Origin: Octopus sinensis
Taxonomy: Eukaryota
Direction of reading: 5' to 3'
Assembly: GCF_006345805.1 (NCBI RefSeq)
Contig: NC_043013.1
Coordinates: 3,038,001-3,102,000 of the forward strand
Length of the DNA: 64,000 nucleotides
Part shown: in pieces, positions 39,096 through 52,821 of the stretch
Layout of the letters: every line of letters begins with the position of its first letter
How positions within the stretch are numbered: the stretch's first letter is position 1
Notes under the pieces: model-generated
The model's database searches: none
What the model saw: only the letters and a program-made list of their open reading frames with translations
What the model was told of the DNA's origin: nothing
Made by a program: the position numbers and the translations under genes

Positions 39096-40003
39096 ATCAC
39101 ACATTACACACCTTTATTCCAAGCACTGCTGTAAACAGCGGAAGTAAGCTAGAAAGTTAAAACTTAGTGAACATGTACAGCAGAGTTCAAGGTCAATCTG
39201 TGGCAAGCAGCTTTACTCTGCGTGCTTTAGCTTCTTTCCTATGGCAACTGCCCGGATATTTATTGATCAAACCACGTGTGTGTGTGTAGTATGCATACAA
39301 CACGCTTATTACATACACATACACATACACATACACACATATGCAAATACATTTGCTGGGATACCGTCTTGAAGGCAGGGTTTAGTCGAACAAATCAACA
39401 CTAGTATTCATTGTAAAGCCAGATACATATTCTATCGATCTTTATTGGCAAACCGCTGCATCACACACATATGAATTGGAACATGAATGTAGAAGCGTCG
39501 AGAAATATGTCAATAACTCTTTATCAACGACGCGTCTCAAAACTAATTCAGCTCGTTTTTACCTTATATTACATAGTGCTATAACCCTCTTGAATGGTAA
39601 GAAACAAAAAGCTACCTGCAGGACACGATCCACGTATCCTCTGGTATCTAGACAGGCGTGCTACTGATTATATTAAACTAGCCGCTGGTCAGTTATCTTC
39701 CAAATTGCACGCTTTGATATAATCAGCCACAGGACTCTGCGCATATTCAGTCAAATTCCACTTACACGGTATAGATGAAACCGAGCCTATATCACAAGAT
39801 CCTACAGAGAAGATTGAACCTGGATACACAGGTTAGGAAACAGACTCGTTAACCACATGCACGTACGCAACATTTCAAACAACACATAAATAAATACACA
39901 TACAGGCACGTGCGCGCACGCAAACGCACGAACACACGCACACACATACACACACACATATCAGAATCACAGGAGAGTAAGTTAAAAAGAGAGGTAGATA
40001 GAT

Positions 40004-40040
<37 letters not shown>

Positions 40041-40112
40041 TAGATAAGCAGACAGACAGACACAGAAGAACAGGTCGAACGTACAGGATGAGAGAAAAGA
40101 GATGGGGCATTC

Positions 40113-40165
<53 letters not shown>

Positions 40166-40510
40166 GCCCGTTAAAGAGTTTATTAATGTCTTGTATTCCG
40201 AAAAGCATGGCATATTCTTAAACAACGCTTAATCCTTTGCCTGTGGTACGACCTTTATCCACGTATCTCCCTCACACTGGCAGCATTCACGTATACCGAC
40301 TGCAGTGAACTAGCTATTTACCATTAGAGGGGTGCTTTGACTAAATATAAATACAATTATGCGCCACCATCGTCATAAACGACCGCAGCTGATGAGGCAA
40401 CAAGCCCCGGCAACAACGACGACCATAAAAAGCAACACATGCTATAACTATTACCGCAACCACATAAAAGACATAATAGCGTCCCATCATTGCAAAAATC
40501 CAATCAGAAT

Positions 40511-40595
40511 ATGGCGGCTATGACCATTATGGCGGCAAATGGCAAAGAATATAGGAGAGTCCGGTTGAATAAAACACCTTTGAAGAATGTGGGAA
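40511..40595 (+). CDS. Candidate first coding exon of an unknown small gene
   Basis: ATG GCG start, MAAMTIMAANGKEYRRVRLNKTPLKNVG, donor AA|GTGAGT; no recognised homology. Confidence 0.2.
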
Positions 40596-40999
40596 GTGAG
40601 TTGTAAAGCGAAGTGATATGATGGGTTTTGATGGATCCGCTTTTCATTTAAACACAGCAGTGGAAGCCTGGATCGTTTGCTGAAAAGACCATAATGAGGA
40701 GAAAATTAGTTAGAAAAAAGAATAAAGGAATAAAAATATAAAATTTCCTATTTCTAAAATGCTTGCTCATGCAGCAACATAAACATATTTCATTATATAT
40801 GTGTGTGTGCATGTGTGTATGTTTGTGTGTGTGTGTGTGGTGTGTGTGTGTGTGTGTGTGTGTGTGGTATCGTAATTTCTCATATATATATAAAGAGAGA
40901 GTAAGAGTGACGACGATAGACAGACACATACAGACGCGTACACATACACACGTATAACACTAGCATTTAGTGAAGCCATATTCATACATACATACATAC

Positions 41000-41075
<76 letters not shown>

Positions 41076-41080
41076 CATAC

Positions 41081-41135
<55 letters not shown>

Positions 41136-41751
41136 TTCATGGTGTTTATGCATGCATACATGCATATACACACATGCATACAAATATATGTATAATTTTT
41201 ATATGTATGCATGTATGCTTATTCCTGCATGTCCATACACCGTATCTCATCACGCATAAACGGACCAGCAAAGACATTAAAAGCACACACACACACACAC
41301 ACACACTCAAACACACTCATACACACACAGACGTACAGACAGACACAAGGGGACATATTGTTAACAATGTTTACAAACCAGAGAAACCCGAATAATGGCG
41401 CTAACATGTAGTTTACATCTGTATCTGTTTGTTTTCTTTCTTCCTCTTTCTGGCTCACATCGAAAATTATACCTCTCTCTCCTTTCTCTCCCTCTCTTCC
41501 CTCTCTCCCCCTCTCTCCTCTCTTTCCTCGCCTCTCTCTTCTACCTAGCCATCATCACTCTTTCTCCGCTTCCCTTATTCTCTCTCATCTTTTATAGCTC
41601 TGCTTATCTCTGAATGTGTACACATTGTTGCATGCCACAATGTATGCACATGCATTTATGGTAATGGCTTGTCAACTTCAAAATGAGCGCCAACCTTCAG
41701 TCATAATATTTCACTCATCAATTCAAAGTATTCTTGTTTCTCTCCTCTCAG

Positions 41752-41792
41752 CCTCTCCACTGCAGCAACAGCGATTGATGCAGTCTGCAAAG
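41752..41792 (+). CDS. Candidate 41-nt internal exon
   Basis: Acceptor TTCTTGTTTCTCTCCTCTCAG, donor AAG|GTGTGT; phase-compatible with 40511-40595. Confidence 0.25.
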
Positions 41793-42130
41793 GTGTGTTT
41801 ATGCATGGGTGTGAACCCCTTCTATGTCAGTGTTAACTTCAACTCACGCACGCATACACACGCACACACATACAAACACACACACACACACACATTCTCT
41901 CTCTCTTTCTCTCTCTCTCTCACACACACACACATACACACACAACACAACTCACAAACATACGCATCCCTTTGGGAGTGTCATTCAGTGTTGTCTGTGT
42001 ATATGCGTATGTACAGGAATGGTTAGGCATCCACATACAGTCATACACATATACATATATAGCAGCTCACACGCAATGTACACATACACACACGCGTTGA
42101 AGGAGGGAGTACTGCATTATACATACATAC

Positions 42131-42162
<32 letters not shown>

Positions 42163-42206
42163 GAATGTATGTATGTATATTATATATATATATATATATA
42201 TATATC

Positions 42207-42238
<32 letters not shown>

Positions 42239-42899
42239 ATATGTATATATATATATGAATGTATGTATGTATGTATATATGTGTGTGTGTGTCTATGTAT
42301 GTGTGTGTGTATATATGTATGATATTTATACATTTATGAATGCATGCTTTCTCAGATGCAGAAGAGAAGCTTTGATGCTGAATAAATCACTGCATTATAC
42401 GCATCTATATAAACGCACACATGTCCACATGAGCCGTGTATGCGCACATGGAGCAATGCATGTATACTTATCTTTGCATGAATGTGTGCAAATATTAGTT
42501 TCAATAAATGAAGATCTCGTCTCTGCCGCCGCCGCACACACGTCTTACTGGATGCTTTCTTCAGCCTCTCTTCCTCATATACGTCATATACACCGACAAA
42601 AAAGGAAAAAGAAAACATTTGAATATTGATATATTATCGCTGCTCTTTTTGGTTTCTTAGCTTCTTTATACCAAGGATGTACTAACATACATTTGCATAT
42701 TTCCTTAAGTTAATACCTGCATTTGTAGACCCACGCCAACAACCACATACGCGCAAGCAAAACAGCACACGTACATACAAGCATATATATATATATATTT
42801 GATATTAAATATTTGATATTATATATTATATATGTATGCCTATGTATGCTTGTTTGTATGTATATATCTATGTATATCTTTGTGTGTGTATGTATGTAT

Positions 42900-42982
42900 C
42901 TCTATCTCTATCTCTCTACACACACATATATGTATATATATATAATATATATATATATAGATAGATATATATATATATATAT

Positions 42983-43076
<94 letters not shown>

Positions 43077-43135
43077 GATAGATAGATGATAAATAGATAG
43101 ATAGATATATAGATAGATCGATAGATAGATAGATC

Positions 43136-43218
<83 letters not shown>

Positions 43219-43239
43219 GCACATATACATACACACACG

Positions 43240-43288
<49 letters not shown>

Positions 43289-43290
43289 AT
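42900..43290. repeat. (GATA)n/(TA)n compound microsatellite
   Basis: Direct reading. Confidence 0.95.
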
Positions 43291-43639
43291 ATTCACATAC
43301 GATGAATAAAAGTCGCAGGAAATATGTTACATTGCATTTAAACAGTATCAAAAGTAATTAAACAAACATTAAATCACTGATTATTAACTGACGATATTTG
43401 ATTTGTGCAAAATGACAATTTGTATTTATATAGGATGACATTTACACGGGAGAGAAACAAATCACGTTTTATTCAATATTTGGAGTAAAACTAATTCATA
43501 CACACACACACATACATACATACACACATACATACACACATACATACATACATACATACATACATACATACATGAACATACACATATAGACATAGCTCCC
43601 AGCCATACACACTCACGTACGTGTATGTGTGTGAGTGTA

Positions 43640-44236
43640 TAGAGTGCGGTGAATAAACTGTCGTCTAAATTACGCAAAAATGAAAATAACACTGAAATCT
43701 CATTTTAAGAAATACATTTACCTAAATTACATAAACATATTTTGAAATACTAAAGAGTAAATTCATTCAATAGAATCGCCATTGGCTTCAACCACGGCCT
43801 CCAGATGACGTCGAGATCTCCTGCAATTCTTCTGGATGATTCCCCAGTGTAAGTTGTTGAATGCTGCCATAATCCTTCAAGGAGTTTTGTTGGTCCCTTG
43901 CTCAACTGCGCCCCCCGCATAATCAAGGTGGGTTTCAGTTTGGGGATTTATGTGGTCAGATATTAGGTGTGTTGTGGTCCCAGAAATTTTCTGACAGCTA
44001 TGACTGGGTTCTCCTGCTTACGTGTCATGGTGCAGAGTCCTGTTGCCAGGCATAGGGTCTTCCAGCAGCCACCCGCATGACCCAGAGCAGCACTACATCA
44101 TCCAGGCACATATTGTAGGCCTCCGTGTTAAATCTGAGGGCGTGTAGGAAGATGAATGGAGGTGTAACGTCGCCATCACTAGTGATCACTCCAAACACCA
44201 TGATGTTGATTGGATTTTGATTTTTATCACTCTCGG
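43640..44236 (-). mobile_element. maT-type (DD37D) transposon 3' part with TIR
   Basis: IMVFGVITSDGDV, WQQDSAP-37aa-LDY (read through stops and one frameshift); TIR TAGAGTGCGGTGAATAAACTGTCG after TA. Confidence 0.85.
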
Positions 44237-44239
44237 TAC

Positions 44240-44325
<86 letters not shown>

Positions 44326-44359
44326 CATACATACATATATATATGTATTCAGGACTCAC

Positions 44360-45520
44360 ACACGTATTGTAATAGACAAACGGACGGAGAACAAACACAG
44401 AAGGCCACCAATTCCTTATCAGTTATCGGCCAAAGTGTCAAGCACAATTTCGTGCCATTATCGATAATATTGCATTCACCCTGGAGGCAACGACTAAGCG
44501 AAATGGCTGGGAATGCGACCAAGACATAAAACAAGATGAACAAACAAGCATAAACAAGGAATACGGAAATGGACATACGAAAAACGAAATGAATTAACAG
44601 AATATGGTCTTAGGGCCAGGCGAAGGTAACAAAAAATAGATGATAATAGATATACAACAAAAAGAATAAATGTAAAACAAAAAAGCCGTGGGCGAGCAGA
44701 CAGACAAGAGAAAGTAGAGCGAGGCGCTCAGAGATGTGTGACCGATTGGGTCAAAAGCAACGCGACAAGAATGACACCGCCTTAGATCGTGACCGGTCAC
44801 GTGATAATAAGAGGAGGGAGGAAGAGTCACAGGGACTAGAGAACAACAAGGAGGGGAAAAGAGATAGACAGAGTAAGAACGAGACACACGGAGGAAAAGA
44901 AAGGCAGAGAAAGACAGAGAGAAAGACACAGAAAAGGAAAGGTGAAAAAGAGACAAAAGAAAGGAAAGGGACCGACTAGAGTTGCACGAAAAATATTCCA
45001 AGAATATAAGTATTTGCATTGGGACTCCCTTCATCGAAAACCGGTGATTGTCGTACGCTGAAGACAGGTCAATACCTAGAAACTGCTGTCTGTGCGTATC
45101 ACTTAGGTTGACGAGGGAGGGATGACCTCCCTTTGCAAATACCATAAGGGCAACACAAAGTGTGCCTAAAGCCAGCTGGAGACGATGTTCTCCTAGGGCT
45201 AAAAGCTACAGTAACACCCACCCTTAGTGGTTAGCCATATTGAGATGGCAAGTATACCTCACATATTCCAAGAATATTTCTGCGAATGGGTCAAAATTAA
45301 GGAGTGCGTTGAGTTATGTGAGTAATATTTTCTGTAGTCAAACACGTAAAGTAATAGACAAACGGTCGGAAAGACGTCTTCTAAACGCACTGAATAAACA
45401 GACGAACGGCGATCTGACTGTCACCTGTACCCTTCACAAGAGATGACGATTAGTCTTTTCATCAGTTATCGGTCAAGGCGTTGAGCACAATTTCGTGTCA
45501 ACACCTTGGCCGATAATTGG
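44360..45520 (-). repeat. Unclassified element bounded by diverged direct repeats
   Basis: GTAATAGACAAACGG and TCAGTTATCGG..AGCACAATTTCGTG occur at both 44360-44455 and 45350-45500. Confidence 0.55.
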
Positions 45521-45584
45521 TGACATCTGTGTGTATATGTGTGTATGTGTGTGTGCGTGAGTATCTATTGTGTGCGTACATATG

Positions 45585-45720
45585 AGTGTGTGTCTGTGTT
45601 TGTGGTTGTCTCCCACTACCGCTTGACAACCGGTGTTAGTTTGTCTACATCCCTGTTACCTAGCGGTTCGGCAAAATAGACCGATGACTGAAACAAGTAA
45701 AATATAAAAGATACAAAAGG
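45585..45720 (+). mobile_element. SINE type A 3' fragment
   Basis: CGCTTGACAACCGGTG..TAGCGGTTCGGCAAAA..ATGACTGAAACAAGTAAAA. Confidence 0.75.
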
Positions 45721-46802
45721 TAGGTACGATGCATTCGTAGGGTTGTCAAAATCTTAATCACAGGTTCAATGTAAATTTTTTTTTAAATTTCCAATGCGGC
45801 AATAAAATATCGACAACTCTTGTGGAATTTGAACTAAATTGAAATTTAGTAACATGAAATATTAGGAAAGCATAAATATCAGTAACTCTACTTAAATTTT
45901 AGTCGTTTAAGAATCTAAGTATTCTACAAACCATATCATTTCTTATTCCGCTTATAATTTAAGCGATTCTTTAATTTCCAAATTCTCATTAAATTGGGGT
46001 TTAGTGTTACACGTATCGAAGTGTCTAGAACAGGTAAGTGACGTCCCATCTATGAGTTGACGAATGGAGACGAGTTCCAGAAGAGTAATTATTTCATTAG
46101 ACTAATGAAAAATATCTTAATTAATGGTCCCGAAATTCTCGAAATGGCCTACATCATTCAGTTCATTTATCGAATCAGCTAAAATAAAAATTTTAATCGA
46201 TGATTGAAAATTGTCCAATTCATAATGCCTTGAAATCCTTGAATGCATTCTGTAATAATTCTAGATTTTCGTCCAAGCATGCTACCGACTTCACTAGACT
46301 ACAATGCAATGATGTTTATTGTTGTATTATATGTCAAGTACAGCAGTATTCAACGTTCGCCATCTTAAATATATTCTCTACTATTGTTGCTTCAAGAAAC
46401 GTTGAATAATCAGCTAATTCACATTTTAGTGAAATTGCATGCACAGGTTTCTTTCAAGTTAATGATGCTTTATTAATAATAATAACTATTTTTGATTCGT
46501 TTTCGATAATACACTGAAAATTTAATTTCTTGCTGATTCCATAATATATACAGCAATGAGATATTCAAGAAGTCACGAATGCGCACACTTATTCCATTCT
46601 AATTCAGATTTCTACCTTAGCGCGACGGTTGGTGTCTTTTTACTTAGGCGAAATCTATGCTAAACATTTTGCTACCTAGTTCGACATACCTTTCTTTAAT
46701 CTTATCAAAAACCGCCATAAGGCTTTCCATTCTTGCTTTATACGCTGTCTACAACATCTGAGTAAAATTTGATTAATAAAAGTTTTCTAGTTTTTGCTTT
46801 TT

Positions 46803-47061
46803 TGTCGTCTGAATTACGCAAAAATGAAAATAACACTGACATCTCATTTTAACAGATATATTTACCTAAATTACTTTAAAATATTTTGTAATACTTAAGA
46901 GTAAATTCATTCAATAAAATCGCCATTGGCTTTAACCATGGCCCCCAGACAACTTCTTAATCTCCTGCAACTCTTCTGAACGATCCCCCTGTGTAAGTTG
47001 TTGAATGCTGCTATAATCCTTGCTTTCAGTTCATCATCGACAGTTTATTCACCGCACTCTA
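46803..47061 (-). mobile_element. Second maT 3'-end copy joined to an opposite TIR
   Basis: 46803-47022 is a direct repeat of about 43660-43880; TIR at 47038-47061 followed by TA. Confidence 0.8.
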
Positions 47062-48911
47062 TACACTCACACACACACACACACATGACTTAATAACTTT
47101 TTTCTCGACTTTTATTGTGAAAGAACGAAGAGCAACGCCAAAACCTTTTTTTCAGGACCAGTGAAAAGATGTGGTGACATCTTACTTTGCATTTCAGAAA
47201 AAAAGTATGAAATTGTTTTATTTTAAAGATTCCCAATTGTGACTTCTTTTTACAAGGAAAACAGCCAAGATGTCTTTTAGAACTAATACATCATACCTTT
47301 TCAGAACATAAGCGTATTGCTTGGAATTTTAACAACAGGTAATAAATTTTTATTTTTAGAATCATGAAAGACCTTTTCTTTTAAAATTGGAAGCTCATTT
47401 TCCCATTTTTATACCTATTTCAACTATAGAATTATTGGTAGTTGATTTTTGTCACTTGGTTGTTTAATCGAAGGGTAGCAGTACCATTTTTTTTTCACGT
47501 ATGATTCAAGATATACCAACTAGTCTTGCATCCTCAGTTAATTTTTGCATGAGATATGTTAATACAGATATCATATATTATATATATTTAACATTTTACG
47601 TGAAGTAGGGATTAAATATTAAAAAAACAATATAAATATTATTTTTTATTAATGAATTTTTTCGAAACTTTGGCGTAGTAGAGAATTCTTAAATCGATCA
47701 AAGGTAGCCGCTTGTTGTTTTGTATAAGTTTCATGGGTGAAATTATTTCCTCTTCACATCTGTACATCGCCCTGGAACGACAGATGTAACTCTGAGCATG
47801 GGCAAGTTTACTTTGTTGTGAAAATTGTTCACAGGGTAATAATTGCCAACTCAACAGCAAGCAGAACTGAGAGCGTTCATCAAATTTTACTTTCGATAGT
47901 GAATTTGTTTTCAAGCTATGGAATACCATTTGTATGTTACTTTTCTCATAACTTTATTTTGTTCATTTTATTAAACTGGGTTTATAAATTCGAATGTGTT
48001 GTCTCCAATCTTCACCAAAATACCGAAAACAACTTGAAAATGACTTTTTCAATATAGTTAGTTTATTTTTTAAACATATTTTGTAAAATGGCTACAAATT
48101 TCAACACATTCACTTGTCAGTTTTAATAATTTTTTAAAAGAGTACAAACCCACAAAGATTTACAGGGACGAGCAAAACACAATTCTTTCGGATAACTGTT
48201 CCACCTGGTCAAAGCTGCAATGGACTGGCGCTAGCTGCCACCTTACGATCAAACTAGTCTGAAATAAGAATCGAACTCAAGACGGATTTGCAATAACTCA
48301 AATGCCATTTCTAATAATTCAATACACTATATGAAAATAAGGTAAAAATGAAAATATTAAAATTAGGTAAAATTCGGGAGGCCTTGGTGATGATCTGCGG
48401 TCAAAGTAGTTAACGTAGAGCTTGGAACGATGGTAAAGTTTATTTGGCGCGTGGATGCTGGGTGATAATATTATTTCCCTCTGGTCCTTCATCTGAGAGT
48501 AGGGAAATGAGAACAAAACCGAAATTAATGTCTATATTTTAATAGAGATAAAAGATTGTTAAGCACAAGTGATGTGAGAAGTTAAAATGCGAAGAAGGCG
48601 AATGAACGAAAGTGAATTGTCGGAAAGTTTGACTGAGAGGGAGATAATATAGATACTTCTAACGACCACAAAAGTAAGATGCGGTTAAGATGACAAGTTT
48701 AAGATACTGTGAAGAGGTGCCAAAAAAGGTAGAGGAAGCAGGTAGGACAATACATTAAACAAGCATAGATTGAAATATTATTACGATTACAATTGGAACA
48801 GGGTGTTATAAGGGCAGAAGTAAAGCATCAGAAGTTTAGGGGAATTTCTGACTAAACACACAACTAATATTTTTTTCTAATGAGCGCATTTAACACCAGT
48901 ATGGATATTTT

Positions 48912-49329
48912 GGATCTTCTCGGTTAGAACGGTAGTTTTTTCTAGCGGTGTCATATGAAATTATCACCCATAATTATGACCCTAGTATCGATCTATTGCA
49001 TTTCAATCTGTTTTAGGGTTAGGGTTAGGGGTGGGGGGAAGGGCATCTTTTTTTCTTCCCAAATGTAAATAAACCCAATCTGTTTCTTAAACGAGGGACA
49101 TATTCATACGGCACAGAATGTTTTTTACCTCAATAGACGTCAGTGATTGGTTGAAATTGCAGAAATTGAAGAAGAAAAACCAACAAATATCTTACAAACT
49201 ATAGAATTTTCTCAATGAAGCCAAGAGAAAAAGATGTTTTATAAACACATTCTACCAGTATACGAAGTTTAAAAGTGTTTAGTTACCTAGAAATTATGTT
49301 AAAAACTGCCGTTCAAACCGAAAAGATCC
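48912..49329. mobile_element. MITE with 29-bp TIRs and internal (TTAGGG)3
   Basis: TIRs 48912-48940 and 49301-49329 (3 mismatches); TTAGGG x3 at 49013-49030. Confidence 0.85.
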
Positions 49330-50399
49330 CTAATATTTTTTCTAATGAGCGCATTTAACACCAGGATGGATATTTTGGATTATTAAAACAGGAAATGCTC
49401 AAACCCACCGTTTTCTCGCACTCTTACACCAACATAAAGTTACATAAATGCATATAGTAATATATACATAAACATCCATATATACACAGATGCATATAAA
49501 CACTCATGTATATCTCCAAAACAATCCCCTGAATGTTAAATCAACACAGAAAGTTTTGATTAAGTTTCACCTCAAAACTTCTAATTCCAATTGAATTATT
49601 GTCGACGTCGTCGAAAGAGGCGGAGTCATTTGGTCGGCCGTCGTGATTGCCATCGTAGCTTTTCGTCGAGGTATTGCATATATCCGATTCGTGGTGAAAC
49701 GGTACGAAATGGCTACAACTCAGATAACCATTACACATACAAACACACAAATGTGTGTGCGTGTGTATATATATATATATATAGCACATCAGCAGTGAAG
49801 AACAGGTGGAAAGTACTCCATAGAGGAGTGTAAGTAATTTAAAGCTTTCAGCTGAAACTGAAACTAACGGTTGAAACTTAGTCCCCGCACGTGCTAAACA
49901 TCTGTTCTATCAGTAAAGTCATTTAACCAGTTAGAAAGCGGAGCATATTCTTTTCGGTGTCCACACACCAACCGGCTCCTTTACACTTTCGCTCCTGCAT
50001 TTAAGGGCTCGAGATACAAATTATATAATAGAATAAAATGAAATGTTAAGTGGTTAACCACCAGTTCGAGGTTTTCTCTGGGGTAAGCTATTTTATATAT
50101 TTCTATATCTGCTGGGTTTTCCTTACTTTTTTTTCTTTTTCTCGGAGCATTCCTGAATTAATTTTCTAATTTATCCGTATGATAATACTGCACAAATCCT
50201 GAACCGATCCTCTTCACATGACTTTTGTAACAACAGACTTGTTATATAATTTTTATTGTTTTACGTGTTTGAACGAAAATTACAGACAAAAGAAACAGGT
50301 GCTGTACCACGTGTGAACATTTTTAGTTTCAGAGAAGTGGTTTCACTGACCGAATTAAATTATATTTGACTGAATGCTAAAGGGTTAAACGTATAATTA

Positions 50400-50611
50400 A
50401 TTCTGATTGAGACAAAAGGCCAACAGTTTTGAAGGGAGGGAGTTTGTTGATTATATCGACTTCAGTACTTCAATAGTATTTCATTTTATTAACCTCAGAG
50501 ATAAAAGGAGAATTTGAGCTTGGCCGGATTTGAACTTAGAGCGTAAAGAGTTGGATCAAATAGCACAAGCATTTTGTGCGACGCCCTAATGATTCTGCCA
50601 ATCCCCGCCTT
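50400..50611 (-). mobile_element. SINE type B, diverged
   Basis: GATTATATCGAC..TTTGAACTTAG..GATTCTGCCAATCCCCGCCTT. Confidence 0.7.
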
Positions 50612-50632
50612 GATGATGATGATGATGATGAT

Positions 50633-51478
50633 CACAGAAAAAGCTAAGCGTGTAAAAACCCGTGTTAAAATTGCTACCTTTGATGTTCTATACTGATAAA
50701 TGGCAAGAAGAACCTCTCAATGGCAAATACCCAAAGAGAGCTAATAGTGCCAATGTTGACAAAAAAATCAGAAACAGAAGGGTTTATCATAGTAGCCCAA
50801 GATCAATGTCTACCTACAAGAAACTACCAGGCCAACACATTAAAGAACGGCAGCTGCCCAACATGTAGTGTATGTCAACAACAAAATGAAACCATTGATC
50901 ATGTTGTCTCCATGTGCAGTCCTCTTGCGCCTACAGAGTACCTCAACAGGCATGATAGAGCTGCACAGTATATTCACTGGGTAATTTGCAAAAACCTGGA
51001 CTTGCCCCATGATAAAAACTGGTGAGAACACAAAACACCTCCAGTGCTTGAAAATGACCACATCTCACTCCTCAAACTGACAGAAAGATAGATGCGAATA
51101 GGCCAGACATCATATTGAAAGACTTCAGACAAAGAACACGCCTCCTCATTGATATGACTGTCCCAATCGATATAAACGTATCTGTCAAGACCTACCAAAA
51201 TCTGAGCAAGTATAAAGATCTTGAAATAGAAATTGGCAAAATGTGGAACCTCAAGACTAAAACAATACCTGTTGTCATAGGTGCCCTGGGAATGATAGCA
51301 AAAGGGGCTGATTGCTACCTTGCTCAGATACCAGGAAATCCCAAAATGACAGAAATTCAAAAGATAGTGCTCATGGTAACTGCCCATATCTTACGTAAAA
51401 TACTATGTATGTAATCTCAAATTTTAAAACAAACACATAATTTTCTAATGCTCTTTTAAACATTCCCTAGAACAATAC
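50633..51478 (+). mobile_element. R4/Dong-like 3' fragment (CCHC plus RLE)
   Basis: SETEGFIIVAQDQCL, CSVCQQQNETIDHVVSMC, RHD, LLIDMTVP..LSKYKDLEIE, TAHILRKILCM*. Confidence 0.9.
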
Positions 51479-51480
51479 TA

Positions 51481-52614
51481 CAGGGGTTGGACAAAATAAT
51501 GGAAACACCTAGCATCATAGCATCATAATTTTGAAATATCTATAAAACCGTCAAAAGTTTGTTTATTTTTATGTTTTTTTCATTCATTATTAGTGTTGCT
51601 TAATATGTTTTGCTAAAATTGCTCTTTCTTTTCAGATATCATCACAAAAAGGTAATTAAAATTCATTAAAATGACAGATCTATCGGATTTTCAAAGAGGT
51701 CAAATTGTTGGTGCTCGTATGACAGGCGCTGGCGTAACGACAGGGACCGTCGGACTCTTATGCGAGTTGTTAGAAAGGATCCCAAAAGTACAGCTCCCAA
51801 CATTACTGAAGAGCTTAATGACAACCGCGAGAACCCAGTTTCCACAAAAAATGCTCGCCGGGAGCTGCACAAAGCCGGATTTCACGGGAGGGCTGCAATC
51901 AGAAAACCACTACTTTCAAAAACAAATGTTGTAAAACGTTTAGAGTGGAGTAAAAACCCACAGAATTGGTCCCTAGAGCAGTGGAAGAACGTTATTATCT
52001 CGGGCGAGTCATCCTTTACCTTATTTCCGACCACCGGCCGATTATACGTGTGGAGACAGCCAAAAGAAGCATTTGACCCAAACTGCTTTCTTCCAACTCT
52101 TAAACATGGAGGATCTGTGATGATCTGGGGTGGGGGTTTAAATCTTGGAAAGCCACCGGCTCAATGGTTTTCCTTCATGGCAGAATTAATAGTCAAGACT
52201 ATTTAAGCATTTTATCTGATCAAATTCATCCTATGGTTGTTGAACTATTTCCGGGGGGAAACACAATCTTTCAGGATGATAATGCATCACTTCACACAGC
52301 TGAAGTTGTTACTGAATGGCCCGAGGAACATTCTAGTGAATTTGAACATCTTATATGGCTACCACAGTCCCCAGATCTGAATATTATTGAACATTTACGG
52401 TGCATTTTAGAAAAACTCCACCGTCATCACTACAAGAACTGGGGACTGCTTTAACTGAATAAGTGAAAAAATTCCCTTGGAAACAATTCAAACTTTCTAC
52501 GAGTCTATACCTCGTAGAATTCAAGCTGTAATTACTGCCAAAGGCGGTCTTACCCTATATTAACATAAATTTGTTTGAAATTTTAAGGTGTTTCCATAAT
52601 TTCTCCAACCCCTG
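51481..52614 (+). mobile_element. Tc1-type transposon (DD36E), both TIRs, deleted and frameshifted transposase
   Basis: TA|CAGGGGTTGGACAAAATAATGGAAACACC .. GGTGTTTCCATAATTTCTCCAACCCCTG; QDDNA-36aa-E. Confidence 0.95.
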
Positions 52615-52714
52615 CATGTGCAAAACCAAACATATGATGCCCTAAGCATAACACCAACATGAACTTTTAACTTGGGTGAAACCTGGTACTAACGTCTACA
52701 AAAGTCAAACATAC

Positions 52715-52773
<59 letters not shown>

Positions 52774-52821
52774 TGATGATGATAATAATAATAATAACAA
52801 CAACAACAACAGCAACAATAA

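Noticed and set aside
40390-40415. CUGAUGA followed by a GGC/GCC stem (hammerhead-like)
   Set aside because: No GAAA strand, helix III or stem I partner follows
46000-46040. Perfect donor CAG|GTAAGT with adjacent TGACGTC
   Set aside because: No convincing upstream acceptor or reading frame; expected by chance in 64 kb
47639-48057. Overlapping 96-aa and 106-aa ORFs on opposite strands
   Set aside because: No recognisable motif, AT-rich, and no clear splice support
49013-49030. (TTAGGG)3 as an interstitial telomere or fusion site
   Set aside because: Only three units and internal to a MITE
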